Origin: Hemiscyllium ocellatum | Lineage: Eukaryota | Direction of reading: 5' to 3' | DNA length: 64,000 bases | NCBI RefSeq assembly: GCF_020745735.1 | Contig: NW_026869159.1 | Coordinates: forward strand, 1-64,000 | In this document: in pieces, positions 38,521 through 51,880 of the stretch | How the letters are laid out: every line of letters begins with the position of its first letter | How positions within the stretch are numbered: the stretch's first letter is position 1 | Program-made: the position numbers and the translations under genes | Notes under the pieces: generated by a model | Seen by the model: the letters and a program-made list of their open reading frames with translations, nothing else | The model's database searches: none | What the model was told of the DNA's origin: nothing

Positions 38521-40599
38521 TTCTTTTGGTTATACCTTGTGTGAACGCCAGAAATTGGAAGTCTATGGGGAGACTTGACTAGGGCTTAAAAGCATCATCG
38601 AGCTTCTCCTTGCGTGGTTGCACGCTGTATGGCTGAGACCGTATTTGACAGCATGAGAGAAACGGTCATGGTGGTTTACTGACTTTAAGACATGACTGGA
38701 TTTACCTCACTGGAATACCCAAGCTTGCCAGAGTTGCACATTGAGGCCAATTGAATAGAATAAACTACAGACAAAAGAGGAAACAATTGCAAGAGTAAAT
38801 CATGTATCATGACCAACAATAGAGGAGAAAATCATGTGATAACAAAAGAGCGGACGGTGACTGCTTTGTCTGCGACCATCGGTCCAGTAAGTTGTGCTTG
38901 ATTCAAGCCAATTTCCAGAAAATGGAAGAAAAGGACTGGTGTTTCAATGAATGGAGAGTGATAACTGTAGACCAACGTTCGTGATGGCCGGGTTCTTGGA
39001 GATATCAATCAAGTAGAAATCCTGACACCGAAATGATCTGATCAGCTGACCCACTGCGGGTTAAATCAGTCTTTTGGTGCTTGAGTGAGAGATTAGTTGG
39101 AGCGCAGTAGTGATTCTTCTTTCTACCATTAATGCTTAAGTTTAATATTGCATAGTGTAATAAAGGTCGTTGAGTGCTTTTATATTCGTGCATTGTTCGT
39201 ACATTGACTGATCTGAAATAAAGCTGCAATTTAGACTGAATTCAGCCCATGTGTATGGCTCGTTTATCTGGTCACGTTCACTTTCCATGGCAACACTACA
39301 AAGGTGCATCAGCCAGTTTATAGAACAGGATACCACTGCCCATCTTCTAAAACAGGACTGTTCGGTTCGAAATCTGCAGTTCATCAAAGGTTGAAGAAGT
39401 CTAAGCTCTCCGGTTTCGATGTATTCAGTAACTGAGAGAAAGTGAGGACTGGAGATGCTGGAGATCAGAGTCGAAAAGTGTGGTGCTGGAAAAGCACAGC
39501 AGGTTAGGCAGCATTTGAGGAGCAGGAGAGTCAATGCTTCTGGTGTCATGTATGTATTCTGTGTAGGAACTGGAAATGGTCTGTCACGAAAGTGTTTGAA
39601 AAACGAACTGAGATCGGAGTGATATCACAGAAGCGTTTTGGTACAAACAAAAGCCAATGGTTACAGCGGATCTCCAACGGCTCATTAAATGAACATCACT
39701 GCCTTGGGCCATACTCCTGCTTCCTTCCAGGAGCGTGCACCTGACTTTATTGCAAATAATCATTCACTACTTTTTTCAATGTTTCAATTAAACCTACTTT
39801 CAGGATAATTCCATGATGTGGAGGCGCCGATGTTGGACTGAAGTGGATGAAGTTACAAAATCACTTGACATCACGTTCTAGTCCAACAGGTTTATTTGGA
39901 AGTAACAACTGTCGGAACGATGCTCTTTCATCAGGTAGTTAGTGAGGAGGGATTATAGGATACAGAATTTACAGCAAAAGATCATAGTGTCATACAATGA
40001 TGCCTTATATAAGTCTATGAGTTCAATTTGAATTTGCAGAATTGTATTTGCAGCTGCATTCTTTTTCCTTCTAAAACGCATACTCTGTCGGCAAACAATA
40101 TTTTTTGTCATAGTTCATGTGACATTTCATACTTTCCTCCGTAGGAAGCAAAACCAGACTGGGAAACAAATAGACCCAAGACTCATACCTTTAATGCATT
40201 GTCTGAACTGAGATGTCATCTATTTTTATATAAAACCTGAAACTATCTCCAGAATCTGATTTGAAAGCAATTCTGGGATTTACTTATTAATGCATCGAAA
40301 CCTGCAACCCATACTAAAAGATGAAAGATTTAACAGCAATCTAGATTTGCTCAATATATCGCATCAGTGTCTGACACTATGAATTTATAGCAAAAGATCA
40401 CGTCAAATGCGCTTCTCTGTTAACGACATTAAACCTATGTTTGTTTCATGAGAGTTGAGTCTCTGTAACGTTGAGAAGCAGATTGAAACTTTGTTTTGAA
40501 TTTTGAGCAGTTAATAAATTTATCAATTGGGCCATAGATTTCAACTACCAAGAAATGAAGTTAAAATTGCATGAAAGACTGGTTTGGTCTAAACTTGTT

Positions 40600-43500
40600 G
40601 AGTGCATCCAGTTCTGGAAATCACAGTGTACGGGGTTTGGATATTGAGATGACTGGATAGCTTATTTGTGATACAGGATGATGCCAACATCATGGGTTCA
40701 ATTCCTGTAATGGTTTTTCCATTGCCGGTGTGGGCAATTCCCCAATTACCTTCATTTTTGCATCCCGAGGGGTCATTTGTCCATGTCCATTAACATGTCC
40801 AAGAAGGTTACTTGGATTTTGGCAAATTCACTTTTAGCTCGTTTTACTACTAAGCCTGCCTTCCAAAGTCGATCGAACATGTCCAATAAATGCTGTAAAT
40901 GCTTCTTCCATAGTGACTAAAAATCACCAGGTCATCAATATGCACCACATATTTGGATAATCTGGCAATGACCTCATTACTCAATCATTCAAATGTGGAT
41001 GGACCGTTTTTCATACTAAATGGCATGACTTTGAACTGATATAGTCACTTGGCGTTACAAACGCTGAATTTGCCTTTGCACTCTCTGACACAGGTACTTG
41101 CTCGTAGCCTCTGAGCAAATCCAACTTATAAATGTAAGTTGCTTGTCACACTTTTTCGACACGGTCATCCAACCATGGAATTGGATATGCATCCGTCTTT
41201 GTAATGGCGTTAACTTTGCAAATGTCCACACATAACTATTGGGTACCATCTGGCTTTGGCAACATGACTATGAGTGAGCTCCAGTCACTGTAACTCACAT
41301 CGATTATGCCATCTTGGAGCATGCGATTGATCTCCTTCTGAACCTGTGCCATTTTTAGAAGGTTATGTCTATAAGGATGTTGCTTAATCAGAACAGCATC
41401 TCCGATATCTACATGATGCACAATTAGGTTAGTACTTCCCATTCTATTTCCACGTATCTCCCCATTTGATAGTAATAACTCTTTCAGGATAGAGATGTTG
41501 TTACTTCTTAGGACATTGGGGGCGCTGTGAACCTATAGTTTAAAATGATGACCAAAGTAATTTTTAATTCTGGGATTATTGCCATGACAACTAACAAAGC
41601 TGATGTTCAAATGAAAGAACATCAGCAAGGTCAATTTTGCCTGCTAAACTAAGTGATTAGATTAAGGTAAACTATGTGATAAAAAGACTAGGAAAAATGT
41701 CTCGATCATAGTAATTCTTTGTGTCCATGATACAGAATGTTCCTAATATATGTAAAGCCTTTGTAAAAATGTTTCCAGAATACATATAACCTTTGTTTGC
41801 AAATTATACCATTTTGAAGAAGGCTTTTGTTTGTGAAAGATCACGTTGCATGAATTGAGATTAGAAAATAGTATAACTAATGGAGCTTATCGATAGATTT
41901 TCAGAACTTGTACATTTTCTCCAGCGAACCACTCGATCTTTCGTGCTTCGCTGTAACAGCTAAGTTTCTGCTGCTAAATAAACGTACCTGCTTTTTATCA
42001 AATAATTGGGTAAGTGTGGTCACTCCTTAAAAGAACACGCTTGGACGAATTCCTTCCTAACAACAATTAGGTTAGTACTTCCCATTCTATTTCCACGTAT
42101 CTCCCCATTTGATAGTAATAACTCTTTCAGGTCATTTCGAATTTCTTGTGGAAGGTAACTCAATAATTTATCCCAGGTTTCGACAGCTTCCTCATTGTCC
42201 AATTTGATTTGAGGAATGTCCAATTCAGAATCCTCTGAACTAGGTTCTTCCTTCTACGCTGTAGTCATTAATACATTCTCCTCTTGCTTTCCGTCCCTAT
42301 CAAAATACCTTCTGCCCATATTCACATGATACATTCTATGAGATTTCTTCCTGTCTGGAGTCCTTATCAATTGTTCACCTCATTCAATTTCTTCTCAATT
42401 TGATGTGGTCCACTAAGCGTTGCTTTTAAAGGCTCACCTCTTACTGGATGTAACATCGATACCTTATCCCCAATTGCAAAATGGCGAATTTGTGACTCCT
42501 TATACATTTCCTGTTTCATTGGAAGCTGCAATACTTTTAAATGCTGTTTTGCCAACACACTAGCTCTATTTAATCATTCTGTAAAACGTGACACATCGTC
42601 CAAATGCGTGGACTCTGAATTCTGACTTATTTATTTCTCCTTTTCCAGTTTTAACGGTTCTCTTACTTCATGCCCAAAGATTAATTCAAAATGGGTTGAA
42701 TTTGGTCAATTCATTCAGTGCAGCTCTGATTGCAAAAATTACAAATGGAACTCCCTTATTTCAATCACCTGGACAATCCTGACCATAATCACTCAACGTG
42801 GTCTTTAGTTTTTGATACCATCTCTGTAGCGCTCCTTGCAATTCTGGATGGTACTCAGTAGATTTGAATACTTTCATTCCCAAGTTATCTATAGCCTCCT
42901 TGAATAGCCTGGATGTGATCGCTGATCTGACTGGATCTCTATTGGCAGTCCGTATCTAGTAAAAAAAGAAGTAATTCTTCTACAACCATTTTTGCTGTGA
43001 TGTTGCATAATGGGATTGTCTCTGGAAATCAAGTCGACACATCTGTTATTGTTAATAAATACTTATTCCCACTTTTTGTTTAAGATAGGGCACCTACACA
43101 ATCAAGCAAGACTCTTGTGAAAGGTTCCTCAAATGCGGGAATAGGTATTAAAGGTTCTGGTTTTATTACTGTCTGTGGTTTTCCAATTAGCTGACATGTA
43201 TGACACGTCCAGCAAAATTCAACTGCAGCAGTGTGCAGTCCAGGCCAGGAAAAATATATCTGTATTTTAACCTGTGTTTTCTTCACCAGAAATGAACTCC
43301 AAGTGGTAGCTCATGCGCCAATCGCAGCACCTTCTTTCTATACACGACTGGCAAAACATCTCTGCCCATTCCTCATCTGCTTGAATGTGTGATGGTCTCC
43401 ATTTCCTCATTAAGACATCATTTGTTAAGTAATCAAACACACCCAGAAAATTTTTAGCCACTGAAAGATCCATTACTATCCCAAGCTTTGTCTAAGCAAC

Positions 43501-44270
43501 CAAACCAACACCCAAAATAAAGATCCTAGCACCTACCACTCACTGTTTAAAATCCCACAAAGAGCCACTAATCAGTTGTGGACTAGGTCAGACCACTCAA
43601 AACATTCTTAAGCAAGAAGCCCCAGTCCATAACTTTACAATTTGATTCGGTAAGTGTACAGTGAAAATTACCCGGAGTAAGATAGCTCGGTTGACGACTA
43701 GATTTTAAAATAAACAAAAATTTATTTACAAAATTACACAATGAAACACAAAAACAGAATAAAGAACCCCTGCAGAACTCAACCTATCCAGCTATGCTGT
43801 TGCAAATATACACAACAGTCCTGATAAGCAAATTCTCTTTAAAATCCAGTATAAATGGAACACATGCTTACAGGTTGAAGTTGAAGGGCAGAGATGGAGA
43901 AAGAGAGAGGGAGAAAGAGAGTTTCTACACAGCTCGCTGTTGAACTTCTCACAATGTCAGACAGAAGTTAAACTGCTCAGCTCAGCTAAAGAGTTAACCA
44001 CTCCCTTTCCTCACACAAGTCACTTCTAAAACATGATCACTTTGGCCTGAAGGCTCATCTGTTTACATATAAACAAAAAAACTTCTCAAAATCCTGTCTA
44101 TCTCTGTACCAAACCAGACCGATCGGGGCCCAGCCTGATTTATTGTCTTTCTGAAAACAATCAAGGACAGAGTCTCCCTGAGTCAAGGAACATCTTTTAG
44201 AAAAAAAGGTTCTAGCTTTGTGGCAGTAGGATAACAATTTGTATTCTTCACTGCTTGCCAATCCAGCCTG
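40600..44270 (-). mobile_element. Rearranged, degenerate Gypsy LTR retrotransposon (RT, integrase, LTR-like end)
   Basis: ORF 41236-41442 IKQHPYR...KEINRMLQDGIIDVSYSDWSSLIVMLPKPDG (RT N-terminus). ORF 43080-43286 YFSWPGLH...CWTCHTCQLIGKP...PLIPIPAFEEPFTRVLLDCVG (integrase HHCC/core). LTR-like sequence ~43590-44270. Confidence 0.85.
41499..42062 (+). mobile_element. Solo LTR-like insertion nested in the Gypsy pol region
   Basis: Ends TGTTA...TAACA, internal AATAAA near the 3' end, no coding capacity. Confidence 0.65.
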
Positions 44271-44589
44271 CTTCCTAAAAGAGAGTCACGGAGAAATACT
44301 GAGCAAAATGAGGTAGGAGGCTTGAATGCAAAATTGTTGAGCATAATGACTCCATTGTTTAGATGCTGGTCATCAAGCAGCTATTTACTGTCGTCCCACT
44401 TTTTTGCCACTCAGCAAGTAACATTTGTAACCTACGCTGCAGTGCCTTGCATGATCATGTAAATATATGTTCAAGGTTGTAATCATTCCTGCATCTGTCA
44501 CCATTTCAGCTGCTGCCCTACCTGCTGAGTATCTCCAGTATTTTCGGTTTTTATTTCAGCTTTCCACCATTTTGCTTCTGAACTGAAAG

Positions 44590-46200
44590 GATGTTGTGAA
44601 ACTTGCAGCGGTTCAGTCAAGATTAACAAGGATGTTACCAGGATTGCAGGGTTTGAATGAAAGGGAAAGGCTGAATAGTTTGGGGTTGTTTTCCCTGGAC
44701 CGTCGGAGGCTGAGTGGTGACTTTATAGAGGTTTATAAAATTGTGAGGTAAATAGACCAGTCTTTTCCCTGGGTCAGGGTGTCCAGAACTAGAGGGCATT
44801 TGGTTAGTGTGAGAAGAGAAAGATTTAAAAGGGATCCAAGGGGCTTTTTTTCACATAAAAGGTGATATGTGTATGGAATGAGTTGACAGAGGAAGTGGTG
44901 GAGGCTGGTACAAGTAAAATATTTAACAGGCATCTGGTTGGGTACATGAGTAGGCCCCTCAATGACCACTCTGGTCATTGAGGGGCCCTATTCTCTCTCC
45001 AGTTATTGTTTTTTTCTTTAATATCCTTAAAATACCTCTTTGGATTCAGCCTAATATTCTTAGCCAAGCTTATCTCATACCCCCTGCTCGCCCTCCTGAT
45101 TTCTTTCTTCAGTAAGCTCTTGTATTCCCTGTATACCTCAAGAGATTCCCTTGATCCCAGCTGCCTGTACCTGTGCCACGCCTCCTTTTCTTCCTGGTCC
45201 AAGCCGCAATATCACTTGTCATCCAGGGTTCCCTACTCCTGCCTACCCTTTACCTTCACACGAATATGTAGACCTTGAACTTCAGCAATCTCACTTTTAA
45301 TGGCTTGACAGAGTTCCCTCTGCCTGCAAATAAACTACTACAATCAAGCCCTGCGAGCTTCCATCTAATTCCATCAAAATTCACCTTCCCCCAATTTAGA
45401 ACTTGAAACTGTGGATTGGTTTTGTCCTTCCGCATAACTATTTTCAAATTAATAGAACTAAGGTCACTGGTCCCAGATTGCTCCCGAATTGTGACTTCCG
45501 TCACCTGTTCTACTCTATTCTCCAAGTGTAGGTAGGGTTATGCTCCTTCCCGAATGGACGGCTTGAGGAAACTTTCTTGAATGCAATTAACTAATTCCAC
45601 CCCAACTAAGCCCTTAATATTCTGGCAGTCCCAAACAATGTTAAGAAAGTTAAAACCCCTAATATGACAACTCTATTGCTCCTGCAAGTCTCCCAGTCTC
45701 CCTGCATATTTGTTCCTTGAAATCCTGTTCAATATTTGGGGCCAATAGTACAACCCTAATAACATCACCATTCCTTTCTTATCTCACAGCTCCACCCACA
45801 AAGCCTTCACTGGATGATCCTTCAGGTATTTCATCTGATTACTTCTGTGATACTCAACTTAATCAAAAATGCAACTCCCCCTCCCCTCCTTCCACCACCT
45901 CTGTCCCGCCTAGCGCACATGTACCCTGGCACATTAAGCTGCCAATCCTGTCCTTCCCTTAGTCACGGTTCTGTAATGGTTATAATATCCCAGTCCCACG
46001 TACCTCTCCGCACCCTGAGTTCATTGGCCTAATCTGAGAGTCCTCTTGCATCGAAAGCAATTTAATCCAACAGGCATTACTTGCTCCCTATGAGTTCCAA
46101 CCTGATCTGTCTCTTCAACCTACTATTTCTGTTAGTGTATCTCCTTCAAGCCTCGCACTTGCCTCCCTGTTGTAGAGGATCCTGCCCCCCTGCCAATCTA
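44590..46200. mobile_element. Two CR1 pieces joined tail to tail (plus-strand 3' ORF2 piece 44590-44950; minus-strand 5' ORF2/ORF1 piece 44990-46200)
   Basis: Plus piece has CR1 3' motifs (ggacc.tcggaggctgagtggtgac). Minus ORFs SLLKKEIRRASRGYEISLAKNIRLNPKRYFK and VLNWGKVNFDGIR are CR1 ORF2-like. Confidence 0.75.
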
Positions 46201-46209
46201 GTTTAAACC

Positions 46210-46500
46210 CTTGCTCAACTCATCTGCTGCTGAAACTCGCATCGATGCCTTTGTTACCTCTAGATGTAACTTTACCAATGTGTTCCTGGGGCCACCCACA
46301 TCGCCGGGTCTCTCTAATCCTGAGGGTATACAAACCTCTTCTGCCAGTGTTCATGCACACTACCAATCATCCGTGACCTCATTGGTTTACATCTTCTGAA
46401 ACACTCAGATGCCGCTCTAATACAAACAACTCCTTCAGCCCCATTACCCTCCCTCACTCTATAAGCTCCTGCAGCCTCTACACCCTTCCCTGTAAGCTCC
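46210..46500 (+). mobile_element. L2-type LINE RT C-terminal fragment
   Basis: SSAAETRIDAFVTSRCNFTNVFL...IQTSSASV resembles the L2 'ETLIHAFVTSRLDY' region. Confidence 0.6.
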
Positions 46501-46509
46501 CGTAGCCCA

Positions 46510-48839
46510 AATAAGTAACTGAAGAATGTTTGTGCTCTCTTCAAATGTGTACTTCGGGTTCCTGAAATCCAGTCCATGGAAGTCACTCTTAGCTTTCAGC
46601 CACACATAGATAAAATGTTCAACAACAGGGGACCACATGAGGAGAAAACTGAGAGAAATGGCAAACAGCAAGACAATGGACCTTTGGCAGTTCACCATCT
46701 CTGGATCTTGTCGATTTTCTGCACACCAGAGCCTCCTGCGAGCTCTATTGGCCACTATGATTTGTCTTATGGTAAGGATGTTTCGCAGCAGAATGACAAA
46801 GAATGGGAGAAAAGGTGTCATGATACGAAACAGCCAATCATATACCTGCCAGACTGGCCAGGTATAGAAGCTGACTTTATGTTACAAAACAATGATACCC
46901 CATCCAAAATGAACAATGGCTGGAATATAAACTACAAAGGGATGGTCTTGACGCAACACAGAACACAGATAATTCCTATGACCAGTAATGCAGTCTTCTC
47001 ATGGCTGAATCTGGTCTTCTGTCTCTGATAGCAGATGGCTGCAATGCAATCGATGTTAAAGGCCACTGTCAGCTACACCGAGCAATCCAGAGTGGCAGAG
47101 ACCAATACGACACTGAGAGTGCACGCAGGAGTGGTGGAGAAGAGACTTTTCCGAAAATAAATGCGGCTGATTCGATTGAGTATGACTACAGTAGTAATGA
47201 CAAGGAAATCACTCACTGCGATCGCCACCAGGTAGCAGGTGATACACCTTGAGAGACCACACCGTCCTCGCAATAGAATTATGAACAATTGGCTGTGAAA
47301 CATCAAATGAGACATTACTGAACTCAGTCGAAACTTTGTATCTTCGTGAAATATTTCACAGAACTGCCTTCAACTATCACCTTGGCACTTCCATTGCCCA
47401 TTTTATTTTTGAAAACATTGACAATTACGAGACATGAAGTGCAGCATTAAACATATTGCGATTCAATTTACAATGGAACAGCAATCCGAAATCTTCTTAT
47501 TTTAAACAAACTCATTGGACAATAACCAGGTCTACTGTCTGACTTTCTCCACCCCAGTCTTACATATCGCCACCGCATCATCTGTCAATGTGATCAGTCC
47601 AGGAAAACAAAATCGCTCTCCAGTCACTGAGTTAATGCCAAGTAGCTACGTGTTCAATTTGTAATAACAAAAATAATGCGGCTGACATGAACAAATTCAT
47701 ATCAAACATGGGCCAGCCTTTAACAGATAAATGGTGACCGATGTTGGATCCTTACAGAGATGTCTCACCCTTTGCAACCTCATCCTTCAAATTCTCAGAT
47801 GCTCCCGACTCTCGTGAAATCCATTCCCGCGGCATCATGCAACAGTCTGAAATATCATGTTAAGTTTGGTTCTATGTCCTGTGCATCCCTCAATTTAATA
47901 TTTCAAAGTGTGTTGGTTATAGATTTAATGACTAAAACCCAAATTATTGGAATTATGACCTGAGCAGCTCTCTTCTTTCAGACGTTCCTTTGGTCAAACC
48001 TTTTGTCAATATTTCATATTCCTCAAAACTAACTTGGTCTGCCACATTGTTCTGCTGTTTGCTGTATGCAGTGAGATAACTTGAGACGAGGTGGAACTGC
48101 ACGTTCTCATAATTGAGGAACAATATCTTTTTGGAAAATTATTTAAAATATAATGATTTGAAATTTGAGAGAATTCACAGCAGAAAAGCAAACTAACAAA
48201 AGTTCAAAAGTATTGCATCGCTATTGACGTCTTTGAGACTAAACTTCACTTAAGTCCCAAGACCACATTAACTATTCTGTTGTCCTTTGGGAACTCGACA
48301 CTTTGTTACACCCCTGCACAGCACATGCTGTAGATTCGTTTAAGCAGTGAATGTAGGTTTATATTACAAAATGTCTTCTAAAGTGCAACCACAAAGTAAT
48401 TCATATTTACATACTGTCTTGAAAGCTGTGCAGAAAGGCATTTTACCACACTATGTTAAACCAATCATCCTACAATGGACCAAATTGCAGTTCACTGAAT
48501 TGCATTTGAACGCAATCTGTGACAATATTACTGTTCAATGTTCATGCATTGTGTTTCAACACAGTTCTCAGTTCACATAGACCATTTTTCTGTAAGTTTG
48601 CTGCAGATATTATTTCATGATGTATTATACGGTCTGGAGACCTGAAGAAGTGCTGTAAAATCAAAGAGTTGCAGTTTGGGAAAATGCTACTAAATCCTGG
48701 AAAGATAAGGAATAAACTTCTGGAAATACACGAATAGGTAATCGATTTTCTCGAACATCAGTGACTGACCAGGGGCACCGATAGCAGCGAGAATTGTGTA
48801 GAAAACGATAAAGAATGGGGCAATGACTGGCTCGTGCAT
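46510..48839 (-). pseudogene. GPR139/GPR142-like GPCR pseudogene (exon 1 48839-48770, exon 2 47292 to ~46510, 3' end replaced by the L2 fragment)
   Basis: Exon 1 MHEPVIAPFFIVFYTILAAIGAP with GTCAGT donor. Exon 2 after TTTCACAG: GRCGLSRCITCYLVAIAVSDFLV...DCSV*LTVAFNIDC...DPEMVNCQRSIVLLFAISLSFLLMW...ILQLL. Stops and frameshifts. Confidence 0.88.
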
Positions 48840-51559
48840 CTTCGTTCAGGAACTGCAGGAGTTGCTGTCACCATAGAGGTTTGCTCTGCAACACATTCAA
48901 ATGGCCCCTCATTTATTCAATACTCACAACAGGGACAAATAAGTCACAGTATGCACCTTACTTACATTTCGCTGAACAAAGAGATTACCTTCCAATAAGG
49001 TGAATGATTGCATTTCCCTTTGGCGACAGGCTCACTGTAATTACTTTGGTTCCTCGAACTTCACAAAACATGATGTCGAGTCTTCAGTTTGTGAATCCGC
49101 TGACAGCAAACACTGAATTCAGTCCCTATCTTAAAACTTTCTTTCTGCTTACCAATTCTGCGATTTCGCTGAATAATCTGTATTTTAAACTTCAGTTTAC
49201 TTCTTCGTTTGCGTTCTTTTGTACGCTTTTTCATGCCTAATACTTTAACCCTGCTTCAACATTTCCATAAAATTACAGTTCAAATTTTGGAAAACACTGT
49301 TAACAAACAAGACACCATAACATTGTGGGGAGCATCAAATGGAAATTTTGGTCACGTTGAATCTGAAAAATTCTTAATTTGATCATGTAAATCACAAGTT
49401 CAAGAATGGTGTTCAAATTCTGAAGTTCTGCTGATGACTTCTGTTGCAGAAACGGTTGACAATTTTCAATATCTAACGTAACAGGAAAACAACAGATGAA
49501 TGAGTATTAGAAGATTACGTAAAAGTATGGTGCCAAGTTCATTGGCAACAAAGACTTGGTTATTGTATTGCAGAAAGGGTCGTATACTAGTGCATTGGCA
49601 AATGAGATAAAACCACTTTCAATTTTCAGGGGGACAGACGTCGTGAAAATTTAAAATAGATATGTCACATTGCAGCCACTATTAAAGACACCTCAAGGTT
49701 CCAAACGATCTCGCACATGTTCGAAACGAGTAAATAGCATGTGAATGCATAGTGCCATCAACACACTCCTGAGAAACCACAATTAAGCTGGAACCTAGTT
49801 TAATAGAAGCAGAGACGTAGTGTAGCTTATTATAAGCAGAGACAGGATGGAACGTAATGTCAGCAAAAAGGGACAGAAATTATGTCGTGAAACTAAGCAT
49901 AAACAATAACACAGCTATGATAGAATTAGCTGACACACTGTCCAGTCTCATGGAAATAAATAGGTGGACAGTTTGATCAATAACTGTGAACAGAGACAGG
50001 AGCTGATTCGGTCAACCTTGCAATTGCACAACCAGTCATAGCATCTTGTGCATTTAACAACTGCGTGCTCGGTCTGGTCATCAAGGAGGCACGTACGAGA
50101 CACATTACAATCATGGCCTTGTGAAACTGTAAGAGATACAGAGCGTACTTAGATGTAAACTAAGTCAGATAGAGCACGGGGTCCTTTGACGTTATTGCTC
50201 GAGCATGACCATTAGCTCCAATGGGAAAAAATGCAATGATTAAAGAGATAGAGCTCGTAAAATAAAATTTAGTAACTGGGGTAGCACTAAGGGAGCCATA
50301 ACCACAGAGCATAGAATCATCGAGGCGCACAGCTCAGAAACAAACCCTTCCATCCAACTCGTCCATGCCGACCAGATATACTAGAAAACTGGTCCTTCAA
50401 AACTTTCGAGTACAGCCACCGTGGGTCAAATAATTACAAATTTAATTTAAAACCTATGTGAAGCAGGCTAACGAAATGGTGATATGCTCCAATCTGACTT
50501 CTTAAAGATGTATAATTGTCTTGAGACTACATAAATTAGAGTTACTGTTCATTAATAAATTAACAAAAATGTTATAAAGGTTATCAGAACTTAAGACAGG
50601 CTATACATCTCCCCAAACGTCGCGCTACTAAATTCAGAATAAACATAACCATTTACTAACTGCACTTATAAAACTCAGTAAGGAGGTGTTGGTTCCATTA
50701 AGAATCATGGTTCTCCTTGCAAGGTCAGTCAGGTTTAACCACGCCAGTTAACTTCAAACACACTTTTCTTTACGATTTCTTGGAGCAAGGAAAGCTATGC
50801 CTCTCAATCCTTTCAGAAGAATTTCCGCTTGTATTGATATATTTATGACTAAAATAAGAGCAATTATAGTGGACAGCTGGTCCTCTCTCTGCCATTTTGA
50901 AAAAGTTGTTAAATATTAAATTTATTTTAGTTCTGCATTTTCCACAAAAGAAAAGAAATGCCATTTCATTGCTGTGTCGGAATATGGTGTCAGTAAAGGT
51001 TATTTTGATGAGGACTGGCCATTAGCCTTGGAAAGATTATAATGAGTATGTGCTCATCAAGAAATTATCAAGTTTTTCTTTTCCTGAATGATTTACTACA
51101 AGTATCTTAGATCAATCAAATAGGATGTTCATTAGCAAGAAAATATTAATGACACAGATATTTGAGATAGTTTAATAAAGACTCTTGACCAGGGAAAGTG
51201 AATCTCGTGTAAATTTCAAATTTTAGTTTGAATTCAGAAATCAGAGAAAAAACGTTTGGGATATCCTGTTCAGCTAAATTGGATCGTTCAATATTCGTAT
51301 TAATTGAAAATAGAAATTAAAGTGACGTTATGTTTTGCGATATTCAGATGTTGAGAGCGGAGAAAATGATTTGTCAATAAATCCAAATAAAAGACTTGAG
51401 AAGATGTGAAAAAAAAATCCCGATGATTCAGGGCACTGCAGAGAATTGCAGAACTGCCATTAAAATTGGTTGAACTTATAATAATAAAATGCTCAGGAAG
51501 AAAATGATTGCTATCTGCTACTTTTCAATATAAATTTACATTGTTACTAAGGCATGCCT

Positions 51560-51880
51560 TCACAGGCATGTTGGCTCAGTGATTGCCCTGCTGCTTTATA
51601 GCGCCAAGGACTAGGGTTCTATTCCCGTCGTGGGCGACTGCCTCTGTGGAGTTTCCACATTCTCTTTATGTTTGCGTGGCATTCCTCCCACAATCCAAAG
51701 ATTTGCATGTCAGGTGAATTGGCCGTGCTATATTGTCCATAATGTTCGTGCATTAGTTAGGGGTAAATGTAGGTTAAGGAAATGGGTCTTAGTGAGTTAA
51801 TCTTCGATGGGCCGGTGTGGACTTGTTGGGCCTTAGCGTCTGTTTCAAAAACTGTCGGAAATTTAATCTAATATGTTACC
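51560..51880 (+). mobile_element. V-SINE/HE1-type SINE
   Basis: Same head and core as the other two copies. Confidence 0.75.

Noticed and set aside
39140-39430. ORF after a good splice acceptor with faint V-like ends (ELRLLQP..., NIKALNDLYY)
   Set aside because: Core Cys/Trp spacing and an RSS nonamer could not be established.
48955-49010. Minus-strand ATG...GTAAGT mini-exon (MQSFTLLEGNLFVQRN)
   Set aside because: Not hydrophobic and has no downstream V; the likely GPCR exon 1 is at 48839-48770.
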